Virus genome (UHGV): UHGV-0093931 | Reading direction: 5' to 3' (one strand) | DNA: 40,921 nucleotides | From: a virus | Program-made: the position numbers and the translations under genes | The notes under the pieces: model-generated | Seen by the model: the letters and a program-made list of their open reading frames with translations, nothing else | Databases searched by the model: none | What the model was told of the DNA's origin: nothing | In this document: piece after piece, positions 26,216 to 35,207 of the stretch | How the letters are laid out: each line of letters starts with the position of its first letter | Numbering within the stretch: the first letter of the stretch is position 1

Positions 26216-26440
26216 ATGAAACTGATTGCACTTAAACCGATTTATTTCGGCGGTACCGTCGTTACTGAGGGGCTTCCGCTGGAAACTCTGGAACAGCACG
26301 GTCGCGAGCTCATCAAAAAAGGCTATGCGATGCTCGATGAATCAGAAAATCCTGCAGAGCAGGAACAGCAGCAGGAACAGCAGCAGGAACAGCAGCAGGA
26401 ACAGCCCGAAGTAAAAGCGGAAAAAAAGGCGAAAAAATAA
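26216..26440 (+). CDS. small head-region protein with EQQQ repeats
   Basis: 74 aa; C-terminal (EQQQ)n encoded by a tandem 12-nt repeat; located between capsid and connector genes. Confidence 0.5.
   Translation: MKLIALKPIYFGGTVVTEGLPLETLEQHGRELIKKGYAMLDESENPAEQEQQQEQQQEQQQEQPEVKAEKKAKK
26360..26404 (+). repeat. tandem 12-nt repeat (CAGGAACAGCAG), about 3.7 copies
   Basis: Direct reading of codons GAG CAG GAA CAG CAG CAG GAA CAG CAG CAG GAA CAG CAG CAG GAA CAG. Confidence 0.9.
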
Positions 26441-26766
26441 TGGTCGATCTTGATGTGGTGAAACAGCACTGCCGCATTGATACCGATTTTTCCGGAGACG
26501 ATGCCCTGCTGACTTTATACACCGGTGCGGCAGCCCGGTACGTCCAGACATGGACAAGGCGAACGCTCTATGAAAATCAAAGCTCCCCTGGCTACGCAGA
26601 CGACCCGGACTCGATTCTTCTTAATGACGATGTGAAGGCGGCCATGTTACTGCTGATCGGACACTGGTACGCCAATCGTGAATCCGTCGTCATTGGTGAA
26701 ACTGTGGCTCAGGTTCCTCTCGCTGTCGAAGCCCTTCTTCAGCCTTATAGGATTTATGGCCTATGA
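26440..26766 (+). CDS. head-tail connector protein (gp6-like)
   Basis: 108 aa; position and size typical of HK97 gp6-like connector proteins. Confidence 0.7.
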   Translation: MVDLDVVKQHCRIDTDFSGDDALLTLYTGAAARYVQTWTRRTLYENQSSPGYADDPDSILLNDDVKAAMLLLIGHWYANRESVVIGETVAQVPLAVEALLQPYRIYGL

Positions 26767-27107
26767 GTTCTTTACGTGCTGGCGAGCTTAATAAACGCAT
26801 CAGATTAGAGAAGCTGGAAACTCAGCGAGGATCGCTTGGCGAGCCACTCCCGTCAATTACGGTGGATGTTGCGACTGTATGGGCAAAGGCAGAAAACGTA
26901 TCTAACCGAAAAATCCGCACCCTTGACCAGCAGCAGGTAGTTGAAACCTGGCTGTTTACCATCAGATCCCGTAAGGATGTTCAAACCGACTGGAAAATCG
27001 TCTGGGGTGATGAGGTCTATACCGTGCGGGCTGCCGACTGTAGCCAGTCCGATCGCACTGTCATTACAGCTGAGAGAGATAACCGCCATGATAGAGCAGG
27101 CAATTAA
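26763..27107 (+). CDS. head closure / head-tail adaptor protein
   Basis: 114-aa ORF overlapping its neighbours in the head-tail joining block. Confidence 0.65.
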   Translation: MSSLRAGELNKRIRLEKLETQRGSLGEPLPSITVDVATVWAKAENVSNRKIRTLDQQQVVETWLFTIRSRKDVQTDWKIVWGDEVYTVRAADCSQSDRTVITAERDNRHDRAGN

Positions 27108-27471
27108 AACCGCCCTGGAACGCCTGTCTGGTATGTCGGTTTATCCGTTGCTGCTTCCTGATAGTGAGCAGAACGGTGTGACGTTCCAACGTATCTCTGA
27201 TCCTGAAATTGAAACTGGCATGGTCCGTACAGGGCTTATCGCTGGCCGCTTCCAAATCTCGATGTACAAAGTGAATGACTACACCGGGCTGGTTCAGCTG
27301 GATAAAGCCGTCTGGGCTGAATGGAAAAAGATTACCCACGGCACACTTGAGGGCTATCCGGTTCAGTATGTTCAGCGCGGCAATATCCTGCAGGATAAAA
27401 CCACGTTGACAAGTAACCAGGTCCAGTATCGGCTAATCCGCGATTACGTACTTTATTTTTATGAGGAGTAA
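27088..27471 (+). CDS. putative neck/tail completion protein
   Basis: Start taken at MIEQAIK (27088), inside the longer track ORF; position between head closure and gp10-like genes. Confidence 0.55.
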   Translation: MIEQAIKTALERLSGMSVYPLLLPDSEQNGVTFQRISDPEIETGMVRTGLIAGRFQISMYKVNDYTGLVQLDKAVWAEWKKITHGTLEGYPVQYVQRGNILQDKTTLTSNQVQYRLIRDYVLYFYEE

Positions 27472-27473
27472 TC

Positions 27474-27878
27474 ATGATCCGCATGGAAGTAAAAGGGCTT
27501 CAGGAACTCGAGCGTCAGCTACTTGCCCTTGGTGAAAAGGTTGGTACGCAGGTTTTGCGGGATGCCGGGAAAGCGGCTCTTGAGCCTGTTCTGGAGGATA
27601 TGAAAGCGCATGCTGGATATGACGAATCGGCAAAAGATGAGCACATGCGCGATTCTATAAAAATCCGCTCCTCTTCTTCGAAAGCTAAAGGAAATGCGGT
27701 TGTTTATCTCCGCGTTGGCCCGAGCAAAAAACACTTCATCAAAGCGCTGGCACAGGAGATGGGCACCGTGAAGCAGGTCGCCAGTCCCTTCATTCGTCCG
27801 GCGCTGGATTATCAGAAAGCGAAAGTTCTCCGCATCCTTGCGATAGAAATACGCGATCGCATTGAAAACCACCGGTAG
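27474..27878 (+). CDS. HK97 gp10-family tail-component protein
   Basis: 134-aa ORF immediately upstream of the major tail protein. Confidence 0.65.
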   Translation: MIRMEVKGLQELERQLLALGEKVGTQVLRDAGKAALEPVLEDMKAHAGYDESAKDEHMRDSIKIRSSSSKAKGNAVVYLRVGPSKKHFIKALAQEMGTVKQVASPFIRPALDYQKAKVLRILAIEIRDRIENHR

Positions 27879-27910
27879 CGCTCGCTGCCACCTTCAAAGA
27901 GAGAGAAATT

Positions 27911-28363
27911 ATGGCTGATAAAACTTCGCCAGAGTACGCGATGCTGCCTGCTGGCACCGTCGTTATGTGGGGGGCTGCGGGCAGCAACGTAGCAACAATG
28001 AAACCACTCATTAACTGTAGAGCGCTGGGCGCTACAGGACAGACGGGCAGTTTTGTGGACTGCACTACGCTGATCGATACCAGTAAACAGTTTATCTCTG
28101 ACCTGCCTGAAGGACCTGAAAAATCTCTGGGCTTTATTGACGATCCAGCCAACCAGGACTTTGCTGATTTCCTCAACGCAGCAGAGAACCGGGAAACCGT
28201 ACAGTTTTACGTTGAGTTGCCAAATGGTCGAACGGCGAACATGATTCTGGCCCTGTCTGGCTGGCAGATGAATGAAATTACTGCCCCGGCAAGTGAAGTC
28301 ATTCAAATCACTGTTCAGGGAAAACAGAACAACATCACCTGGGGTACCGCAGCTGGCAGCTGA
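27911..28363 (+). CDS. major tail (tube) protein
   Basis: 150 aa; followed by an intrinsic terminator and then the G/GT chaperone pair and tape measure. Confidence 0.8.
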   Translation: MADKTSPEYAMLPAGTVVMWGAAGSNVATMKPLINCRALGATGQTGSFVDCTTLIDTSKQFISDLPEGPEKSLGFIDDPANQDFADFLNAAENRETVQFYVELPNGRTANMILALSGWQMNEITAPASEVIQITVQGKQNNITWGTAAGS

Positions 28364-28381
28364 TTCCCGAAACCATTCATT

Positions 28382-28406
28382 AGCCGCCTTCTGGCGGCTT
28401 TTTATT
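28382..28406 (+). terminator. intrinsic terminator after the major tail gene
   Basis: AGCCGCC-ttct-GGCGGCT stem-loop followed by TTTTATT. Confidence 0.7.
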
Positions 28407-28427
28407 ATCTAATTCTCAGGAAAAACT

Positions 28428-28790
28428 ATGTCCGCCATCGATGTCTCAGCATTGAAATCTGCTCTTCTGAAACCTAAAAGCGCCATTATTACTGCCGAAA
28501 TCTTTGGCACGACCGTTTATCTTCGTCGCATGACGGCGGGTGAACTCATCGATCATGAAGAAGCGCTGCGTGACAGCCAGATTGCCGAAGATGCTCGTAA
28601 AGCCTCAGAACTAAGCGTGCAGTTGATTGTCGATTGTCTGGTTCAGCCCGACGGCAGTCCAATCTCAGTTGAAGACAAGCCCACCGCATCGGAGTTGCTG
28701 CAGGCACATGACAACGTGGCGCTGCTTGAAGCTATTGCCACCGTGAAAAAGCATGCCCTTGGTAAACTTGAGGATGCGGAAAAAAACTAA
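28428..28790 (+). CDS. tail assembly chaperone (G-like)
   Basis: 120-aa ORF ending at a slippery A-AAA-AAC heptamer just before the tape measure gene. Confidence 0.8.
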   Translation: MSAIDVSALKSALLKPKSAIITAEIFGTTVYLRRMTAGELIDHEEALRDSQIAEDARKASELSVQLIVDCLVQPDGSPISVEDKPTASELLQAHDNVALLEAIATVKKHALGKLEDAEKN

Positions 28791-29029
28791 CCAACTCGCC
28801 CTGGCTTGAGCTGATTTTCTGGCTGGCTGACCGCTGGGGCGAGCCCGATCCATCAAAGATAGCTTCACTCCCGGTAGACACTCTCTACCACTGGCGCGCG
28901 TATTTCCTGCGTACTGGTGCCATCAGCCGTCCAGGCGAGGAGAGTGGGCCACCTCCTGAAAACCCGCCACCCGCTGCAGTCAGTAATGTTGACGATCAGT
29001 GCGCGGCCGTAATGAGAGCGTTAATGTAA
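28428..29029 (+). CDS. tail assembly chaperone GT-like fusion via programmed -1 frameshift
   Basis: Slippery heptamer A AAA AAC at 28781-28787; the -1 frame stays open for 80 codons (KKLTNSPWLELIFWLADRWGEPDPSKIASLPVDTLYHWRAYFL...) to a TAA at 29027-29029 that overlaps the tape measure ATG. Confidence 0.65.
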
Positions 29030-32000
29030 TGGCTGACGTTGCCTCCCTTGCCGTCGGGCTGCATCTCAACGCAGCCAATTTTAAATCTCAGCTGATGGGT
29101 GCATACGGTGATGCTGAGAATTCCTCAAGGCGCTTCAATCGTAGCGCGCAGGAAGATGCAAAAAAGACCGATGAAGCCTATTCCCGAATGGGTAAAACCA
29201 TCGCGGGAGTTGCCGGTCGTCTGGCGGGCTTTGCCGGTGCCGGGTTATCGCTCGGCGCGATCATCACGACTACGCGCGAATATGGACAGGCCCTGTCCGA
29301 TCTGTCGGCTATCACTGGTGCCACCGGAGCCCAGTTAAAGACGCTTGATGAAGCTGCGCAGGAAATGGGGCGAAGCACTGAATACAGTGCGAGTCAGGCG
29401 GTGGAAGCCCTTAAGTTGATGGCATCCGCTAAGCCTGAACTTCTTCAGACCGCAGACGGGCTTACTGAGGCGACAAAGAGCGCGCTTACGCTTGCTCAGG
29501 CCGCAGGCTCAACTTTACCTGATGCAACCCGCACTCTTGCTCTTTCGCTTAACCAGTTCGGAGCGGGTGCTCAGGAGGCTGATCGCTACATCAACGTGCT
29601 GGCAGCCGGTGCCAAGTTCGGGGCTTCTGAAATTGCAGATACCGCCGCAGCTATCAAAAATGGAGGTGTGGCCGCTGCACAGGCAGGAGTCGGTTTTGAA
29701 ACGCTGAATGCAGCAATTCAGGTTCTGGCCGAACGCGAAATCAAAGGCGGCGAAGCAGGCACGGCGCTTAGAAACGTGATCCTGGCGCTGGAGAAAGGTA
29801 CCGACAAAACCCTGAAACCCTCGATTGTGGGGCTTAGCGGCGCGCTGGAGAATCTGTCGAAGAAAAACCTTTCCACTGCGCAGGCCGTGAAGCTCTTCGG
29901 CGTTGAGAACATCAACGCGGCTTCGGTGCTGGTGGACAACCGCAGCAAACTTGATGCCCTGACACAGGCTCTCACCGGCACCCAGACGGCGCATGAGCAG
30001 GCCGCTATTCGCGTGAATAACCTGAATGGCGACATCATGGGGCTGACCAGCGCCTTCGAAGGCATGATCATTAAAATTGGTCAAAGCAGTACCGGCCCAC
30101 TGCGTTCAGGCATTCAGTCAGTAACCGATGGAATAAACCTGCTCACCGATAATTTCAATGCTGTTGCAAGCGTAGCTTTGTACACATTGATCCCCGTTCT
30201 CTCGACAAAACTAACTGCAGGTCTTCGCGAAAACGTAAGCGCCTGGCAACAAAATCAGGCAGCCGTAAAAGCTGCGGCTGCTGCCCAGGCTGACGGTGCA
30301 CGCAAAACGCTTGAAGCAACTGCCGCCACACTTAAGCGAAATGATGCCGAGTTTGGGTACTACCGCCAGATGGAGAAGATCGCCAGGCAACAAGGTCTGA
30401 ACGTTAATTACCAGGGGGAGTTTAACCGGTTAATTCGAGAAGAAACCGAGCAAACGAATCTGGCAACCCGAGCGAAAATGCAGCTGGCTGCAGCAAATCG
30501 CCAGATCTCAGTATCTGCTCGGGCTGCCTCGGTTGCAGTTGGGCTTGCTCGTGGGGCTTTAGCTCTGGTTGGTGGGCCGTTCGGTGCTGCAATGCTGGCA
30601 GGTTCGGCGCTACTGTATTTTCATCAGCAGGCGAAGGACGCCCGGCAGTCAGCGATTAACCTTAAGGATGCTGTCATTGAGACTACTGCTGCGCTGATGC
30701 AGATGTCTGATAAACAGCTGGCCGTTAAGCAGATTGACCTGCAGGACCAGTATGATAATCAGGTCACCCAGCGTAACCAGCTTATCAAGGAGATTCAGGA
30801 CGCAGACAGCAGGCTTGATAGCCTCGGAGGTTTTGACCCATTCCGACAGAAAAAAGGCGTAGAGGACAGTAAAAAACGAGCTGAAGCTGATCTCGAATCT
30901 GTGAATAAGGGGTTAGAAACAACACAGTCTAATCTTGAGAACGTCAGCAAGGCGCGCTTCTTGGTCCAGACAGGGATTGCAGATCAAGCCAAATCGCTCG
31001 CGAGTGACATCAAAACTATTACTGCGGAGACGGCTAAGGCCGGTGAGGGGGTTACTACTCCGTGGACCGGTGAAGATACTCAAAAGGCTAAGAAGGAAAC
31101 TGTTAATCAGTACCTTCAGTTGCGCAGGGAAATCGAAGAAGCTCATGCAACCAGCCTTGGAAAAATTGATCTCCAGGAGAAAGCCAGTCAGGAAAAGCTA
31201 ATCGCTGCGGCGCGTAAAAATGGGGCAAGCCAGCAGGACCTACAGCGTGCGCTGTTAATGAATGCTGAGAATTACCAGAAGCAACGAGCTGAACTTGCCG
31301 AGCAGTACTCACCTGCGCGCTCGGCAATCAATCAGGAAAAGGAAGCCAGCCAGGATCTGAAATCGCTTCTTGATGCCCGCCTGCTCACTGAGAAGGAATA
31401 CATGGCGGCGCGGGTGAAACTGTCACAGGAAACCTCCCGGCAAATTCTGCAGGCGCAGGCTGATGCTCTTTCGGCTCCGCGCATTGATCTTGGCGGTGAT
31501 GTTGATCCGCTTGTTGCGATTCGCAATCAACTGGCGCAGCGACAATCGCTGTTGCAGGCGTATTACGCTGGTAATGCCATCAGTAAGAACCAGTACGAAA
31601 TGCTGATGAAGCAAAGCAGTAAGGAATCTGCAGATGCACAGTATCAGACCGCGCTGGAATTATATCGCTCACAGAGTGACTTCAATAATCTGGCTATCGG
31701 CCTGGTTGAGGCTACTCGTGAGCGTACCACTAATGTCCTGACGGGGCTGCTGACTAAAACGCAGACCTTTAAAGAGGGCATGATCAACCTGTTCTCCACG
31801 CTCACTCAGTCGATAATTCAAAACCTCGTCGATATGGCAGCCCAGGCGTTGCTAACCAATACGATTCTGAGCTCCATCATGAGCGTAGGTTCGAGTGTAT
31901 TTGGGGCTGTTGGTAGCAGCGCGGCAGCCAGTTCAGGAACAGCCATTGCCGACTATGGCAGCAACTTCCAGTTCAACGCTAAAGGCGGTGTTTATTCCTC

Positions 32001-32358
32001 ATCAGATTTGAGCGCTTACAGCGGTCAGGTCGTCGATAACCCTACATTCTTCGCTTTCGCAAAAGGTGCCGGGGTAATGGGGGAGGCTGGTCCAGAGGCA
32101 ATCATGCCGCTAACCCGAGCCGCGGATGGGTCGCTTGGTGTGCGTGCTGTAAATAGTGGTGCAGCGGGAGGTGACACGGCACCGAAGGTTTATATCACCA
32201 TCGATTCAAGCGGAAACACATCGACACAGGCACCTGCAGGGCTGGAACAATTCGGTTCTGATGTAGGCCGATACGTCGATCAGCGATACAAGCAGAATGT
32301 GATGCGTGATATCCGTCCTGGCGGCGACATCTGGAACGCAATGAAAGGAACCCGATAA
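29029..32358 (+). CDS. tail tape measure protein
   Basis: About 1109 aa from the ATG at 29029 (track ORF begins at 28999); long alpha-helical, Ala/Gln-rich sequence with a hydrophobic Gly-rich segment; canonical position. Confidence 0.9.
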   Translation: MADVASLAVGLHLNAANFKSQLMGAYGDAENSSRRFNRSAQEDAKKTDEAYSRMGKTIAGVAGRLAGFAGAGLSLGAIITTTREYGQALSDLSAITGATGAQLKTLDEAAQEMGRSTEYSASQAVEALKLMASAKPELLQTADGLTEATKSALTLAQAAGSTLPDATRTLALSLNQFGAGAQEADRYINVLAAGAKFGASEIADTAAAIKNGGVAAAQAGVGFETLNAAIQVLAEREIKGGEAGTALRNVILALEKGTDKTLKPSIVGLSGALENLSKKNLSTAQAVKLFGVENINAASVLVDNRSKLDALTQALTGTQTAHEQAAIRVNNLNGDIMGLTSAFEGMIIKIGQSSTGPLRSGIQSVTDGINLLTDNFNAVASVALYTLIPVLSTKLTAGLRENVSAWQQNQAAVKAAAAAQADGARKTLEATAATLKRNDAEFGYYRQMEKIARQQGLNVNYQGEFNRLIREETEQTNLATRAKMQLAAANRQISVSARAASVAVGLARGALALVGGPFGAAMLAGSALLYFHQQAKDARQSAINLKDAVIETTAALMQMSDKQLAVKQIDLQDQYDNQVTQRNQLIKEIQDADSRLDSLGGFDPFRQKKGVEDSKKRAEADLESVNKGLETTQSNLENVSKARFLVQTGIADQAKSLASDIKTITAETAKAGEGVTTPWTGEDTQKAKKETVNQYLQLRREIEEAHATSLGKIDLQEKASQEKLIAAARKNGASQQDLQRALLMNAENYQKQRAELAEQYSPARSAINQEKEASQDLKSLLDARLLTEKEYMAARVKLSQETSRQILQAQADALSAPRIDLGGDVDPLVAIRNQLAQRQSLLQAYYAGNAISKNQYEMLMKQSSKESADAQYQTALELYRSQSDFNNLAIGLVEATRERTTNVLTGLLTKTQTFKEGMINLFSTLTQSIIQNLVDMAAQALLTNTILSSIMSVGSSVFGAVGSSAAASSGTAIADYGSNFQFNAKGGVYSSSDLSAYSGQVVDNPTFFAFAKGAGVMGEAGPEAIMPLTRAADGSLGVRAVNSGAAGGDTAPKVYITIDSSGNTSTQAPAGLEQFGSDVGRYVDQRYKQNVMRDIRPGGDIWNAMKGTR

Positions 32359-32360
32359 GC

Positions 32361-32699
32361 ATGGCTATCGAAACTTTTACCTGGAGCCCCAGAGTCAGCC
32401 CGACGCAAACCGTCTCATTCAGAACGAGAAGCGCCAGGTTTGGGGATGGTTACGAGCAGATTTCTGGCGACGGACTCAATCCGCGCAGCCAGCAATGGGA
32501 TCTGAATTTTGTTGGTACGGAAGAATATATTCAGGCGATCAAAACCTTTCTTGACAGGCATGGAGGAACAAAATCGTTCCAGTGGAAGCCGCCGCTTGAG
32601 CCGCTTGGTTTATATCGTTGCGCCGAGTATAAACCCACTCCGATGGGAGGTGAGAACTATTCCCTTTCCGCAACTTTCCAGCAGGCATTTAAACCATGA
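32361..32699 (+). CDS. minor tail protein M-like
   Basis: 112-aa ORF directly after the tape measure; lambda M position and size. Confidence 0.8.
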   Translation: MAIETFTWSPRVSPTQTVSFRTRSARFGDGYEQISGDGLNPRSQQWDLNFVGTEEYIQAIKTFLDRHGGTKSFQWKPPLEPLGLYRCAEYKPTPMGGENYSLSATFQQAFKP

Positions 32700-33451
32700 G
32701 TCTGAACGCTGATTATCAAAAGCTCGAGCCCGGCGATGAAGTCAGGCTTTACGAGGTCGACGGAACGGCCTTTGGTACAGGGGAGGTGCTGCGATTTCAC
32801 AGCTACAGCCTGGCACATACTGAAGCGGCAATTACTGCCGCCGGAGGTGATGAAAATAAACTGCCTGCAAAATCGATCTGGTGGCAGGGCGAGGAGTATA
32901 AAGCCTGGCCCTGCCAGATTGAGGGGATCGAGGCATCTACCAATGGAAGCGGCGCGCAGCCAAAATTATCGGTAGCTAACCTTGATAGCTCCATAACGGC
33001 ACTTTGTCTGGCTTATGACGATATGCTGCAGGCGAAGGTGACCATTCATGACACGCTGGGCAAATATCTTGATGCAAATAACTTTGTCGATGGCAACCCC
33101 ACAGCAGATCCGACTCAGGAAAAGCTGAAGGTTTTCTACATCGATGCAAAGAGTGGTGAAACCAACGAAGTGGTTGAGTTCACACTCTCCAGCCCGATGG
33201 ACCTGCAGGGATTAATGATCCCTACCCGGCAACTTCATTCGCTATGCACCTGGTGCATTCGTAATAAATACCGCACCGGCGACGGCTGTGACTATGCCGG
33301 CACCCGCTATTTCGACAAAAACAACAACCCGGTAAGCGATCCGTCGTTGGATGAATGCAACGGCACGCTGACGGCCTGCAAACTCCGATTCGGCGAAAAT
33401 AACGAGCTTTCGCATGGTGGTTTCCCCGGAACATCTTTGATCAGGAGCTGA
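32696..33451 (+). CDS. minor tail protein L-like
   Basis: 251 aa; C-terminal Cys cluster (...CTWC...C...C...C...) as in lambda gpL. Confidence 0.8.
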   Translation: MSLNADYQKLEPGDEVRLYEVDGTAFGTGEVLRFHSYSLAHTEAAITAAGGDENKLPAKSIWWQGEEYKAWPCQIEGIEASTNGSGAQPKLSVANLDSSITALCLAYDDMLQAKVTIHDTLGKYLDANNFVDGNPTADPTQEKLKVFYIDAKSGETNEVVEFTLSSPMDLQGLMIPTRQLHSLCTWCIRNKYRTGDGCDYAGTRYFDKNNNPVSDPSLDECNGTLTACKLRFGENNELSHGGFPGTSLIRS

Positions 33452-33452
33452 T

Positions 33453-34163
33453 ATGCGTCAGAAAACCATCGATGCGATTATGGCGCATGCTGCAGCAGAA
33501 TATCCTCGTGAGTGTTGCGGCGTGGTGGCGCAGAAAAGCCGTGTTGAACGTTATTTTCCGTGCCGGAATCTTGCCGCGGCGCCGGAGGACAATTTTGTCC
33601 TTTGCCCCGAGGACTATGCAACTGCTGAGGACTGGGGAACGGTGATCGCCATCGCTCACAGTCACCCTGATGCCACGACGCAACCGAGCGAACTGGATAA
33701 AGCGCAATGCGATGCGACGCTTTTACCCTGGCATATCGTGAGCTGGCCGGAGGGGGATTTACGTACCATCCAGCCGCGTGGAGAACTGCCGCTGCTGGAG
33801 CGTCCGTTTGTGCTTGGTCACTTCGACTGCTGGGGGCTGGTAATGAGCTATTTCCGGCAAACTCATGGTATCGAGCTCCATGATTACCGGGTGGATTATC
33901 CCTGGTGGGAAAACGACTATCCGGACAACTTCTATCAGGATTGCTGGTATGAGTGCGGATTCCGTGAATTCGACGGGCCACCGAAACCAGGGGATATGGT
34001 GATCATGCAGGTCCAGGCTGATAAGTGGAACCACGCGGGAATCCTGCTGGAGGGTAATATGTTGCTACACCACCTGTACGGTCATCTGAGTCAGCGCGTG
34101 CCGTATGGCGGTTACTGGCAAGAAAGAACGATGAAGATTCTACGTTATAAATCTCTGTGCTAA
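33453..34163 (+). CDS. tail assembly protein K-like (JAB/MPN plus NlpC/P60 domains)
   Basis: 236 aa; ...AHSHP... JAMM-like motif and C-terminal Cys/His peptidase-like region. Confidence 0.8.
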   Translation: MRQKTIDAIMAHAAAEYPRECCGVVAQKSRVERYFPCRNLAAAPEDNFVLCPEDYATAEDWGTVIAIAHSHPDATTQPSELDKAQCDATLLPWHIVSWPEGDLRTIQPRGELPLLERPFVLGHFDCWGLVMSYFRQTHGIELHDYRVDYPWWENDYPDNFYQDCWYECGFREFDGPPKPGDMVIMQVQADKWNHAGILLEGNMLLHHLYGHLSQRVPYGGYWQERTMKILRYKSLC

Positions 34164-34191
34164 CCTTTGCTCAAAACAAAGGAGCGAAACC

Positions 34192-34542
34192 ATGAAATTT
34201 GTATTAAGTCTATTGTTATTATCGACATTATTTAATTCATACGCAGGAACTGTAGACGATTATCTTGAACGTCATTCTGAAATAAAATCAAATTCTGTTG
34301 CTGAAACTTATGTGAGCCATTACGCCTTTATGATTGCGATGATGGAAGCACAACAGAAGCATAATAGATCTGATAATGAGTTTATCACTGGATTACTTTC
34401 AAATAATGGTGATGTATATGCAAGATTAGCAGTTAGAAAACTTGCCAATGATTGTTTAACGCAAAGGGATATTGGTCAGTCCGGAGAGTTAAATAATAAA
34501 GAATGTAATATTGTGATTAGAGCAAATAAATCACAACAATAG
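34192..34542 (+). CDS. secreted small protein (moron in the tail module)
   Basis: 116 aa; AT-rich codon usage unlike its neighbours; N-terminal signal peptide MKFVLSLLLLSTLFNSYAGT; AGGAG RBS. Confidence 0.6.
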   Translation: MKFVLSLLLLSTLFNSYAGTVDDYLERHSEIKSNSVAETYVSHYAFMIAMMEAQQKHNRSDNEFITGLLSNNGDVYARLAVRKLANDCLTQRDIGQSGELNNKECNIVIRANKSQQ

Positions 34543-34546
34543 CCAA

Positions 34547-35155
34547 TTGAAAGTCGAGGGTACGATGCAAGAGGTAATGACGCGAATTGAACTAGGTGGA
34601 GAGCCGGGTAAGATCTTTGGAAAGATACACCATCGCCTTATCAATAAAGTATCAGAAGCTGGAACGGCCCTCGCTAAAACTATCCCCGGCTTTGAAAGTT
34701 ATATGATTAGCAGTAAAAGCCGTGGGCTAACATTTGCCATCTTCAAAGGTAAAAAGAATATTGGAGTTGACGACCTTGGCTTTCCCGTTACAGGTGAAGT
34801 AATCAGAATTGTGCCTGTAATCATTGGGGGCAAAAAAGCCGGGGTGCTGCAAACAGTTTTAGGTGCCGTGTTGGTTGCCGCTGGTGCCGTGCTTAGCTTC
34901 ACCCCATGGGCTGCAGCCTCACCATTTTTATATAAATTTGGTGCTGCAATGATGCTAGGCGGAGTTGTACAGATGCTTTCTCCACAGCCATCTGGCATAG
35001 CCAGCAAACAAAGTGCAGATAACCGTGCATCCTACGCATTCGGTGGAGTTACGAACACCGCAGCTCAGGGTTACCCGGTCCCGCTTCTTTATGGTCGTCG
35101 GCGAATCGGCGGAGCGATTATTTCTGCCGGAATTTATGTCGAAGATCAGCAGTAG
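34547..35155 (+). CDS. tail assembly protein I-like
   Basis: 202-aa ORF (start may be an internal Met); hydrophobic C-terminal segment; lambda I position between K and J. Confidence 0.7.
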   Translation: MKVEGTMQEVMTRIELGGEPGKIFGKIHHRLINKVSEAGTALAKTIPGFESYMISSKSRGLTFAIFKGKKNIGVDDLGFPVTGEVIRIVPVIIGGKKAGVLQTVLGAVLVAAGAVLSFTPWAAASPFLYKFGAAMMLGGVVQMLSPQPSGIASKQSADNRASYAFGGVTNTAAQGYPVPLLYGRRRIGGAIISAGIYVEDQQ

Positions 35156-35173
35156 ATAACACACCTTTTTCAG

Positions 35174-35197
35174 GCCACCTTCGGGTGGCTTTTTTTA
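35174..35197 (+). terminator. intrinsic terminator-like hairpin between I and J
   Basis: GCCACC-ttcg-GGTGGC followed by TTTTTTTAT. Confidence 0.6.
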
Positions 35198-35207
35198 TGG
35201 GCGCAAT

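Noticed and set aside
26340-26410. Short tandem repeat considered as a possible CRISPR-like array
   Set aside because: The repeats are contiguous 12-nt units with no spacers and are in-frame coding sequence (EQQQ); not a CRISPR array.
29099-31614. Numerous 60-190-aa ORFs on both strands inside the tape measure gene, and similar ones inside J, terminase, portal, capsid and methyltransferase genes
   Set aside because: All are nested in or antisense to long, well-supported genes and are typical shadow ORFs of GC-rich coding DNA.
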